A DNA stretch of 63,137 bases, the filler included, from Atractiella rhizophila (Eukaryota): assembly GCA_021432655.1 (NCBI GenBank). It is 8 parts of 7 records of this genome, joined end to end, with 100 filler letters (N's around TTAATTAATTAA, not from the genome) between each part and the next. Parts side by side here need not be neighbours in the genome. Positions count along the whole stretch, not along the records: positions 37,340 to 43,409 come from MU272013.1; positions 43,510 to 52,498 come from MU272014.1; 6 more parts are not named here. The stretch is one strand, 5' to 3'. The notes beneath the pieces were generated by a model. It saw only the letters and a list, made by a program, of their open reading frames with translations, did no database searches and was not told the origin of the DNA. Positions 37,340-48,624 of the stretch are shown in pieces. Position 1 is the first letter of the stretch, and each line of letters begins with the position of its first letter. The position numbers were made by a program, and so were the translations under genes.

Positions 37340-40300
37340 GACAGGAGCTGTCGACAGGTCAGAACGCTTCAAAAGGGTAACGCGAACTTACGAGGCGGTG
37401 GAGTGTTCACTATTTCCCAGATGTCAGCGCGGCAGAGAAAGAATCAAGCATTATCGCACCAATGGCAGATGATACAATCTGCAGGACCATCAGCTTTTTA
37501 AATGCATTTGGCCTTGACACGTACATTGAGCATGTATTTGGGATCGTGAATCGGTTCCAGCGATTTAAGGCTAAAAAATCTCCCGCATGCAGCAGCGTGA
37601 ACGCTTGCCGTATCGGTCAACTTCACATTTTTTTTACATCTAACAGTTCAGAAACTCACTCTCCACTTAGGAAAGTAACTCGAACATGCCTCTCAAGGGC
37701 AACTTTCTGAAATTGCTCAATAAGCCAATTACGCTCCTTCTTATGATTCGATGCTGTCCAACTAGAGAGAAAGCATCAGAGTTCAGCTGGATATTCCGAT
37801 AGTCACATACTGATCATTCAGATCGTCCAGTAACTCGGCCTAAGCTTTCTGGATTGAGCGCCAACACAATGGCACGAAAACACAGACCTCTTTATTGAAT
37901 TTGTTGACAAAGCCGCCCAGCCCCAACGTTCCAGTTTTGGCGAGCATCGTAATGGGATTGTACTTGTTTTCGAGTGCTGACCTACAAGAGCAACGTTAGG
38001 GATCCTTTAGGTTGTGAAAACGAGTCCATACTCCAGAAAGTTCATTCGAGGATAAGCTATTGGGACTCCCAGTTGAACAACTAGGTGCTTGGTGGAAGGG
38101 GGTAAGCTCTGGTGTAGGGTATTGAAGACTCGGTCATAGGTTTCCTCCGAACAGATCTTCTCTTTCTTCCTGCAGATTCAAACTTGTCAGAGACTTGTAA
38201 ATTGGAAAGAAATTTACCTCTCGGAGCGGCAGTCCAGCATCAACAATTGGACATTGGGTCCTAGTGGGGCGAGCCACGAGTAGCTGCGGAATGGAACATA
38301 ACCGCTTTCTACAAAGTAAACGTGTTCAGTTCCTGTTCTTCTGTCATATGGGAAAGAAGAGACNNNNNNNNNNNNNNNNNNNNNNNNNNNNNNNNNNNNN
38401 NNNNNNNNNNNNNNNNNNNNNNNNNNNNNNNNNNNNNNNNNNNNNNNNNNNNNNNNNNNNNNNNNNNNNNNNNNNNNNNNNNNNNNNNNNNNNNNNNNNN
38501 NNNNNNNNNNNNNNNNNNNNNNNNNNNNNNNNNNNNNNNNNNNNNNNNNNNNNNNNNNNNNNNNNNNNNNNNNNNNNNNNNNNNNNNNNNNNNNNNNNNN
38601 NNNNNNNNNNNNNNNNNNNNNNNNNNNNNNNNNNNNNNNNNNNNNNNNNNNNNNNNNNNNNNNNNNNNNNNNNNNNNNNNNNNNNNNNNNNNNNNNNNNN
38701 NNNNNNNNNNNNNNNNNNNNNNNNNNNNNNNNNNNNNNNNNNNNNNNNNNNNNNNNNNNNNNNNNNNNNNNNNNNNNNNNNNNNNNNNNNNNNNNNNNNN
38801 NNNNNNNNNNNNNNNNNNNNNNNNNNNNNNNNNNNNNNNNNNNNNNNNNNNNNNNNNNNNNNNNNNNNNNNNNNNNNNNNNNNNNNNNNNNNNNNNNNNN
38901 NNNNNNNNNNNNNNNNNNNNNNNNNNNNNNNNNNNNNNNNNNNNNNNNNNNNNNNNNNNNNNNNNNNNNNNNNNNNNNNNNNNNNNNNNNNNNNNNNNNN
39001 NNNNNNNNNNNNNNNNNNNNNNNNNNNNNNNNNNNNNNNNNNNNNNNNNNNNNNNNNNNNNGGTCTTGCCAGTGTCCGACTGAAAGACCCATGGACCACG
39101 ATTAGTTTTATACGCGACAGTCAGAAAAGAAAAACTGATGTTACAGGACTGTCACACTGTGTCCCCAACGGGTGTCGACGTTACCGAAAAGTCGCCCCTC
39201 AGCTGTGACGAAGAAAGTTAACAGGCTAGGTGAAACCTTACTGGAAGAATTCTCCGTAACCCCCGAAATTAGCGTTCCTCTTTGTGGTCTGTCAAAGCGG
39301 ACGTTGCCCCTCTGGCGTAAGTTCGCTAAGCACCATTCAAATTCCTCGTCCTTCAACACATACGTCCTCTTTGCTCAGACGTATCATCACGTGCGGATGG
39401 CACGAAGCGCGATCGCAATTCTTGGCACGGGAAGGATTGCATGAACTAATTGTCGAAAACAACTCTTGATACGACGTTTTGAAATGATCGACCGCGTCAA
39501 TCCATCGAACCGACGAAGAAAACTCACGTTAATCCGATAATTCCACATCCTCTCCTCTTGTACAAGTGGAATCTCCATCCTGAATCTCCAGAAAGAGTTC
39601 GAACCGCTGGTGGACCTGAATTCTTTGATTTTTTGCCCCGTTATATCTACGGCAGATTCTGGCCTTTGCGAGTCGAAAAGAGTGAGGTAGGGATGACGCG
39701 AGTAGTCTGAGTGGTTGTCGGAGGTGACTATCATGGCGTAGCCGATCCAGATCGGTCTTTCTGAGTAAACTATCGAGTCGTACCTGCCAACCAAGAGTTC
39801 AAGCGTTCAAACATTATAGTTGTTCAAGAGATGTAACGCACTTCAACATCGGTCCACACCTGCACACCAAAAAATAATTAAGTCAGTACGCATTCTAGAG
39901 CAATTTTGAAGGTGGTTGCGACTACAACTCGCCCATAGCTCACAGCAAGACTGTGATGAGCGACAACAAAGACAACGCCTTCCCAATTCCGGAAATTTGT
40001 ATCAGGACTCACATGAATTGCAGTCGAGGCTGAGTTGTCCCCCTCTTAACCCCACCACCAGCTCCAGGAATTTGACCTTCATCAACTGTAGCTGGAGGTC
40101 TATAATTTGGCACTTCATAGCCAGTAGTTCCGTCAATTGTTTTAGGGATCTGATCTGTTGGCAATCGAGGAAGTTCTGGTCTGGTAGGAGATGTGGGAGA
40201 TTGTCCGTAATCTTCATCATCGTAGGGCAAGACCTAAAGTAATTCAGGTTGCGGAATATTGATGTCAGTTAAAGAGAAATTACTTCGGCCTGAGGACGAC

Positions 40301-40422
40301 CAGCTGGGAATTCATGATCCTCTCTCTCAGCGCGACGGCGTGCGTGATATCCTGAAAACGGGTAGCGCGCTAGCTCAGCAGGAGCAAGTAACTAAGGAGA
40401 GCAACTTACCGGGTTCATCCAT
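37340..40422 (-). CDS. PhoD-like metallophosphatase-family protein; gapped, part of it mirror-reversed
   Basis: CGPMLK|YD, WIGYAMIVTSD, FWRFRMEIPL..YRIN, (mirror) FWVPGANQNMRWVAHSCNGFS, LDCRSER, VPIAYPRMNFLE, LLDDLND. Confidence 0.8.
39062..39484. other. Mirror-reversed segment containing PhoD-like exons
   Basis: Left-to-right complement reads ccag|AACGGTCACAGGCTGACTTTCTGGGTACCTGGTGCTAATCAAAATATGCGCT|gtcagt..ctgac..acag|GGGTTGCCCACAGCTGCAATGGCTTT. Confidence 0.93.
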
Positions 40423-40645
40423 CTACACAAAGGAACGTTGCACGACGCTTTATCTGTGAAAAAGCAACAGAGGTCTTTGCTAGGGAGCTTCGTCGATTGA
40501 GATGGATGTTGTTTCCATCTGGCCGCTTTTACGTCCCGGGCCTAATCCGGTCCCCGGACATGGCGCTACACTAGGGTTTGCTAGATCCTTACTCACGCTT
40601 CAACTTCGACCACGACCACCATAGGACATTGACATTTATCCAAGA

Positions 40646-42022
40646 ATGCCTCCAAAATGTAAGCTCTTTGCCTGAAATGTTGCCGAGGTACTGACATTAC
40701 CATTCGTGGAATAGTCGACTTGAACAGTGAGCCTTAATTCACCTTCTCGTCACCTCACCTGCAGCCTTCTTATTATCATCTGCAGAGGCTGGATTCGAAG
40801 AATCTGAGTTCCCTATCCTTTGCGAGACATGTCTCGGAGACAATCCATACGTTCGAATGGTTCGTCCTTTCTTCGTATATGACGAGAAAATGCGTGCTTA
40901 TTTTCCAACAGTCAAAGCAAAACTATGGTGGCGAGTGCAAGATTTGCACACGTCCTTTCACCGTCTTCCGTTGGCTTCCTGGTTCAGGAATGCGTTACAA
41001 GAAGACTGAGATTTGCCAGACGTGTTCAAAGACCAAAAATGTTTGCCAGACTTGCCTGTTGGACCTCCAGTTCGGACTTCCAGTTCAAGTTCGAGATACT
41101 GCGTTGGGTTTGAAAAATCAAGCGCCAACGAGCGACATCAACAGAGAGTACTTTGCGCAGAATATGGATGGCAAGGTTCGCCTTTTCTCCTCCCTTCTAC
41201 ACAGGGAGTACTGATGTCTGTGTGCAGGTGGAGGCGAACACAAGTCAGGGAGCTGTTAGCTTTGGAAAGGCAGATTCTGCAGGAAAGGAGCTCTTAAAAA
41301 AACTTGCGCGCACCGATCCTTATTACAAGCGCAATCGGTATGTTACATCTCTTCCTTTGTGCATCGTTGCTTCAGTTCTAATATATAATACTCTGAAGGC
41401 CACATCTTTGTTCTTTCTACGCGAAGGGGGCTTGCATGCGTGGAGACGAGTGTCCATACCGTCACGAGCTGCCAATTGAAAGTGAGTTATCAGTCTCCAT
41501 CCTCAAGAAGTGCTCATCCACTTGTAGATGAACTCTCGAAGCAGAACATCAAAGATCGCTGTGAGTTCTTTCCTCTCGACTAGCCATGTCCTAACGTCCT
41601 CGAGCGAATCAGACTACGGTACGAACGATCCCGTTGCACGCAAAATCCTCTCCTCCGTCACGGCCTCCAAGTCGCTTACCCCACCTGACGACAAGAGCAT
41701 CACCTCCCTCTTCCTTTCCTCCCTCCCTCCAGACGTAACAGAATCCGAGATTCGGACCCATTACGTCCAGAACGTGCCGGACCTCCAACCACATAACATC
41801 AAGTCCATCGTCCTCGTTCCTGCTTCGAATTGCGCATTCGTCAATTTTTCGGATAGGAAGGCTGCTGAGAGTGCGGCTACAAGGAGCGCGGTGGAAGTTG
41901 TGTTGGGTGGCAAAGCTGTGAAGGTGTCTTGGGGCAGGTCGAGGAAGGGTCCTGTCGCTGGCGTCACCAAGCCTGTGGAGGAAAGTGCACTGGCGGCAAC
42001 CGAGGAGGCTGAAGCAGCTTAA
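40646..42022 (+). CDS. SLT11: Pre-mRNA splicing factor Slt11/Ecm2/RBM22
   Basis: [69 protein letters not shown]-terminal RRM. Confidence 0.95.
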
Positions 42023-42320
42023 GTTCAAGTTGAATGTCATTTTTGATACTTAGTTATCGATTGTAAAGTTTGATGTTTCGTTCAATTCTTTCACTGGTGG
42101 GACCTGGAAGGGTAAAAGCGAAAAGGGACCAGTCGACAAGTGCCAGGTTAACCACGAAGCCCATTGCGATTGCATGCCAGATCACAAACGAGAAACAGAT
42201 CACTTCATCTCATCATAGAATTGAAGGATACGAAAAGAAGAGTAAAGACATTGAATCAAGCCAACGCCTGATTCACTCCGACCAGCCCTTCGTCTAAGAG
42301 TTAAACGATGTAAACGAAGT

Positions 42321-43134
42321 TTAGAGCAGGAGGACGGCGGCGGCGATGGACAAGATCGAACCAGCAACTCCGACTTTCAACGAACCAGCAGATGAGTTGT
42401 CGGAGGTTGGCGTGTTGGTCTGGGCCGCACCGCTGGTGCCACCAGTGACGGATCCTCCGGCTGTTCCCAGAACATCAGTCTGGAATTTATAAAAATGGAT
42501 AAAGAGACGCACTGGCTCCGATTCCATCACCGTTGGCGCTTGTGGCAGCAGTTCCACCAGTGGTGGTGCCAGTTGAGTTCTGTCCCATGGCAAGTGCCTT
42601 GAAAGCAGCGAAGGTCTTGGCTCCGGTGGTGGCGGCATTGATAGCTCCGACCATACCAGAAGCACAGTGGTTTGCTTGAGCGCAGCTACATTAAGAGCAC
42701 ATCGTCAGGACATGGAAAGCGAAGAAAAATGTGAGAAGACGCACAAGAACCAGATAGGCGTGGCAACGGTGACCTCGAGTGTCCAGGCGGGGAAGGCGGT
42801 GGCGTTAGCGGCGACTGGGACAAAACCAGAGTTGAAACCGACAGCGTTGGTTGTCGTGTTGGTCAGGAGGTTGCAAGGGGTCGCGAACGCTGACTGGGTA
42901 ACGGTGTGGTTCCTTTATAGGAAAAAAAATTGATTAAATCTTCTTTCCCGAAATCCAGGGAGGAAATACGCACTTGGTCTGGAATTCGAAGGTAACAGTG
43001 TCACCGACAGCGGCAGTGATGGACTCGGGAGTGAAGACAAGTCCAGCAGAACCACCGACAACGATCTTGTGATCTTCGGCCTTGACGAGGGCGAGGGAAG
43101 CGATGAGGAGGGAGGTTGCGAAAGAGAACAACAT
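42321..43134 (-). CDS. Secreted/GPI-anchored cupredoxin-like Ser/Thr-rich protein
   Basis: Signal peptide; LVFTPESITAAVGDTVTFEF, NHTVTQSAFATPC, PIWF, HCASGMVGAINA; hydrophobic tail. Confidence 0.88.
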
Positions 43135-43509
43135 CTTGAATCTTTACTTTCTTTAAAAGTTGAAGAAATGAAGGATCGTTTCTTGTGATGAGAGTTGAGT
43201 AGTGAAAGTGATCTGATTCCCCTGGGATGAAAAAGTCTCCTGGACGATGCTGGACTAGAAACGAGGGTGGCTCTGCCGAGGGCTTGGAAGGACGAGTGCT
43301 ACCTGGCTCTGTCTCACGACTCGTCAATTTTGTCCACAGCGCCGCAAAGAAAACTCACAAAAGTTGAGAACAAAGTGGGCTCTGGGAGAAGCACAAGGGC
43401 GACAGGCTTNNNNNNNNNNNNNNNNNNNNNNNNNNNNNNNNNNNNNNNNNNNNTTAATTAATTAANNNNNNNNNNNNNNNNNNNNNNNNNNNNNNNNNNN
43501 NNNNNNNNN

Positions 43510-44151
43510 TCGGTTTCTACAGGTACGATACCGAGAGGAAATTCTCAGCAGCTACCAATGAGGAAAAGGTTATACAGGCACAGTATCTCTTCTTCCAAGG
43601 TACACCTTCTATTCGCATCATAATGAGCAAGAACTGACGAAATCGAGTTTTAGCTAGTGGCCAAGGACCATAGTGCGTGCTCGCTTTTCCTTGTCGAGAA
43701 ATTGTCTCACGTTTCATCCAGCTATGGTCAATATGCCTGGTTCGCAGGTGGATATCACGGAGAACAGCTTCCCACAGTTACCTCACGTTACGAAGCCGAG
43801 ATCAACCGAGTTCTAAGCGTCCTTGAAGACATTTTGTCTAAGCAAGAGTGGCTCGTGGGTTCCAAGTGCACTATCGCCGACCTTTCTTTCATCATGTACA
43901 ACCTCATCGTACGTCCTGCTCTAGACGAATTTGTCTGATCTGATGAAATTCGACTGTGGCTATGACCTCAGCCGTTCGGACCGTATACTGGTGCTCCTGG
44001 TTTGAAGTTTACCCCATCCGGGGAATATCCTAATGTAAAGGCGTGGCATGAGAGAATGGTGAAGATGGAACCGGTCAAGAAAGTCTTGGATCAGAGAGAA
44101 GCCATTGTTCAAGAGTTCATGAAGAAGAAGTTTGGAGGCAGCGAAGCTTGA
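43510..44151 (+). CDS. Glutathione S-transferase (Ure2p-like), 5'-partial
   Basis: QYLFFQ|ASGQGPY|YGQYAWF, RYEAEINRVLSVLE..EWLVGSKCTIADLSFI, YPNVKAWHERM; TGA 44149-44151. Confidence 0.9.
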
Positions 44152-44612
44152 ATGTTGTCGTCCTTTGTGGAGAATTATCTATCAATTTTTACAGCCCAGC
44201 CCCAGCTGAAATCCCCCAGCAATTAACTGTCACGTAGCGTGTCAGCAGCTCGAGGCTCTGTTTCAAGGGAAAAGGTGTCCCGACGAACAGCAATTGCGTA
44301 TCTCAGGAATCGAGAAAGAAGTGGGTCTGCAATGGAGACTGATAAAGCGGCGAAAAGAACGTCTCACCTTGGATTCAAGTGTGGACATGAACCAAACGTG
44401 CTGCATGATCCATGATGTTCTATTTCACATCACAACCCTATCGATTCTATTATTATTGTTCCCCGTTCGCGCTGAGGTGCCTGCGGGAAGTAGGAAGGAA
44501 GGAGGCTTTGAGTCACAGCGTAAAATGGCATGACCAATTTCGGCTTGGTAGGATCTACTGTATCAATTCTGTCTGTCCTGTCATTCCNNNNNNNNNNNNN
44601 NNNNNNNNNNNN

Positions 44613-45010
44613 CGTGAACGAGTCCATCCATTGTGCGCCAAGAAGCAGCATTGCAGCAGAAGCACAACGACCTGTGACACATGTAATGGCGTCCTGATGC
44701 GCTCGACGATTCTCAAAGTACTAGTTCACATATGACGACCTATGTTACCTTGAACGCACTGTTGAAATTGAAGCTCCATTAAAGAGAGCTGACCAGTCTT
44801 GGCGCTAACTCGCCATAATAACTATCCATATCTGTATCCATATCGAACTCTCCAGCACACTCAGTTCTCAGCCAAATTTAATCTCCAGATGGTTCAGTCA
44901 TGAGTAACGGGAAGTTCACTAAGGTTCAACGAGTTAGCCGTAGTTTTGCAACTACGGGTTTACGGAGTCATCTTGGAAGGCAAGCAAGGACGGAAAGGGT
45001 GATGGTACTG
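44613..45010 (-). mobile_element. Older fragment (LTR part plus gag start) of a related copia element
   Basis: Diverged direct similarity to 46321-46720 (cattgcagcagaagcacaac, cacactcagttctcagccaa, cgagttagccgta). Confidence 0.7.
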
Positions 45011-45103
45011 GAGACGTCATATATCGACGAAGGAGAACATACGTCGCGTAGAAGAGTTGGCCCCTTCTCTGTTCCCCGAGGATCTCTAACTTCAGCACCT
45101 AAT

Positions 45104-46823
45104 TGTTGGAAATCGACGGGGCTGAGGAGCGGAGCTAAGTACGACTTGGTTACGTTTGGCTGAGCTCTTGCAAACGCATGAGCACCAGGAAATGGAATTC
45201 TATGTGTTTATATAGCTTACAGCAGTGGCAACTAGAAAATAGTAGAACATTCCAGAAAACTAAAGAACTTTGCCACTGAGTGGCACGAAACTAGACTGCA
45301 AAATCCAACACTTCCGCCCAGGCTTGTGGAGTGCCACGAGGTAATCAATAGAAAGTAGAGTTAATCGATAAGGTCATTTAAAGGTAAACAAGAGTCAATT
45401 CAATTCTCAACAAGGGGATCTCAAACTTTAATACTCATCAAAACCTTCCGCCGATTTCTTGCTTCTGCCAGCTTCAAGGCACATCAATACGAGGTCATAG
45501 CTGTCCCATGATGCTTCACCAACGATGAAAGATCGTCTTCCTACGCCTGAAGATGATACACGGCCTCCATTCGCCAAATTTCACCGGATCTTGAGACCAT
45601 TCAACTATTACTCCCCTCAATCTTCTTTTCTTCTTTTAAAAAAGCTGCATCTATCAAGGCTTCATTGATAGCTAGGTGTGTACTCTCCTGTGGCTTCGCT
45701 TTTCTGTCGCAATCTCGAGCAATGTGAGTGGGATTACCACATATCCAACAGGCTCGTGAGGTACCGTTATTCTGGGATTCTGAATATCGTTCAAATCTTC
45801 GACTATTCTCCCTCTGTTGTTCCTTCCTTCCCCATTTAGGCGCTGCTCTAGCCATTGCAGCTATCTCTATCTCTCCTGGTATTCCACCTCTTCTCCTCTC
45901 TTCATCCCTGAGTGCTGAAACGACTTCATCAATTGTCTGCTCCCCTTTCATGGCCATGAGCGTGCTGACGAAACTTCAACATGCCCCACCAAGAATGTGA
46001 AGAGCAGGACATCACGCTAATATCTGGGTTTCCAACAAGCTGCAAACCAAACGGATACTCATGTGAAAAGGACAGCCAGGCAAGGTACCCGTCCTCCGAG
46101 ACTGAATTGAGCCAAACAACAAACACCTCAATATCAATACTATGACGGGTAAAATCCCCGATTCAAGCCATCATTCTGTCCAGAAACAAAAGAGCTGAAT
46201 TCGTCAGACTTCTCAGACACGACTCTCCATGCTTCTGGACCAGAAACGCGGCCTTCGAACAAACATGCAACTCCTGAAAGATCGAGGCTGGAGGAAACAC
46301 AAGTAATGTAAGATGAAGTTCGTCAAACGAGCCATCCATCGTTGCACCAAGAACCAGTCATTGCAGCAGAAGCACAACCACCTGTCACACATGTAAGGAC
46401 ATCCTCATGCAATCGACAATTCTTCAGGAAGAGAGTGACAGCAAATGACCAGCCTGCATAGTTACCTTCAAGCGAGCTGTGGAAATTCGAAGATCCAGTA
46501 AACAGAACTCCAACAGTATGGGTCGACATAACTGGCGCGCACAACGAACAGATCCGATCATCTGGACTCCAGACCGAACTCTCAACCACACTCAGTTCTC
46601 AGCCAAGGAAATCGACGAGATGAGTCAGCGGAGCTAAGTACGACTAAGGTTAAGCGAGTTAGCCGTACCTCTTGCAACTACGGCATGACGCAGCCAGAAG
46701 AAAGGAACGCAAAGTGGTGATGATAGCTTACAGAAGTCACAAATAGAAAATAGGAGAACATTACAGAAAACTAGAAGAACTTGGCCACTTCACTGGCACC
46801 AAACGAGACTGCAAAATCCAACA
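45104..46823 (-). mobile_element. Internally deleted Ty1/copia LTR retrotransposon
   Basis: LTR 45104-45310 (TGTTGGA..TCCAACA), second LTR ~46607-46823; PPT-like GGGCGGAAG; gag N-terminus LEGNYAGW; zinc knuckle CWICGNPTHIARDC; CCTAAT on both flanks. Confidence 0.85.
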
Positions 46824-47703
46824 CCTAATCCACGCTCCCGTCATGCATTGTTGGGACTTTGTTTTTCTCAGCTTCTTCGCCAAATCATGCAGATACACGA
46901 ACAATCGACGGCAGCAGCTACCGACTGCTAACTGTTACCCGTATCAAGCCACAAATCTGGCACCGCAGTGCAATTTCCCACGAAAACTTCTACACTGCCG
47001 TTGCTTCAAGTTGCCATCCTTCACCGAATCACTTGTCGGTTCTACATGACTATAAAATATATAATATCCACCAAATATGACTCCTCAGACGGGTGGTGCT
47101 CATGAGAGATTCTGGCAGGAATGGAGGTGATGTAGGATGACGGCGGAGTAAGCAGGCGGGATGATGGGAATTTTCCCATACTGGGCTCCAGCAGCGGGAG
47201 CGCAGGGAAGGGCACAAAAAGGGGCTAACGACTGCTTACGATTCCTCCAATTACGACCACCATCAAAAAACTACGACGACGAATAGCTGTTCTCACTTTC
47301 ATCATTTCGGGCAAAAGCAAGCAGAGCATTTCGTTTCGCAATTAGCACTCGCATATTATTCGCTTTTCTCCAGTTTTTTGACGTCTATTCCTCTCAAAAC
47401 ACGTATTCGTCGCCGTCTCCCTCTCCTCACATCCACAGCTCTCAATTTTAACGCTCAAGATGGCCACCAAATCGTCGCGCTTCTCCTCTCCCGCTGCAAG
47501 GCTCCTCTCCCCCGCTCGAACCTGCGTAGCAACAAGCGTTGTCGACTCCATCCAAAGCGAGGGCTTCGGCCCCTATCCCTCTCATCCCACGCGAGAATGA
47601 ACAACCCGAAGTCATCATCCTCCACAATCGATGCCGCGCTGCTCCAGCGAGCAACAGCGTGGTTCGTCTTGCAATGTAACTTCTCTTCTCCTTGCAGTGA
47701 CTG

Positions 47704-48624
47704 ATGCGTTCTTCTGTGAAGAACCCTTCTCCTATATTGACCTCTCCCGCTCCTGCCTTAAGATGTTCGCGAGATCGTATCGCCTCCAAGTTCTCTGCAA
47801 CGGTCAAGACGATCTCGTCGCTGTTCTCTCCCCGTCCCATAACCTCGAATCCTCCTTCCGCTTCGAAGACTGAGTTGATTGTCGATCCTCTTCCTCTCAA
47901 TGACACCGTCTCGTCGATCGAGTCCCAGTCTTGCCTCGTTTCGGAGCAGCGATGCGTCGCAGTACCCTCTAAGGTCCTCAATTGCGAGGCCGCTTCCAGT
48001 AAGGGAGAAGAAGTGGACGTCCAACTTTGGAAAGAGTTGGCGGACCTTCTATGGGTTAACTCCACCCTTTTCGAGATTGTTGTTGTGGCCCTGCGATCTT
48101 GCAGAAGCCTTCCTCAGACAGCGTTGGGATTCGAGCTTAAGCTGATCCTGGCACGGTTAGAGGAGGGCATGATGGCTACCAAAGGGTTTTTAAAGAGCTG
48201 GTTTACGAATGTTTACCCTGTTCTCAGAAATCTGTCCAACAGGGTAATACCCCTGTTGATGGCGCTGTACGAGCAAACGTTCCCATTCCTTGTTTTGGTG
48301 GAAGCTTGCTCCGAGCGATTTGAAGAAGCACGAGAGATGTGGACCGTCTCCCTCACCCTCCTTTTGAGGGGACGACGGTTAGCTACGTTCGAGATATTCA
48401 AGACTGAGAAGCCGGTCTTTCGTTTCGTCAAGAAGATCTCGAGCATATTAAGACGATCCGCGTTACCCCTGCAAAACCTGAAGATCCTGACGGCAGAAGC
48501 TTCAGGTCTCGATGTGTCCATCGAAGGAGTGGACCGCACCACCGTGAAGATTATCCAAACCCTCGTACCTTGTGGTGTGACGAGTTTTCGATTCGGCGTT
48601 TCGATTTCTTTTGACGAAGATTAG
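47704..48624 (+). CDS. Hypothetical intronless 306-aa protein
   Basis: Long ORF with helical-looking C-terminal half, followed by a T-rich 3' region; no family recognised. Confidence 0.4.
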   Translation: MRSSVKNPSPILTSPAPALRCSRDRIASKFSATVKTISSLFSPRPITSNPPSASKTELIVDPLPLNDTVSSIESQSCLVSEQRCVAVPSKVLNCEAASSKGEEVDVQLWKELADLLWVNSTLFEIVVVALRSCRSLPQTALGFELKLILARLEEGMMATKGFLKSWFTNVYPVLRNLSNRVIPLLMALYEQTFPFLVLVEACSERFEEAREMWTVSLTLLLRGRRLATFEIFKTEKPVFRFVKKISSILRRSALPLQNLKILTAEASGLDVSIEGVDRTTVKIIQTLVPCGVTSFRFGVSISFDED

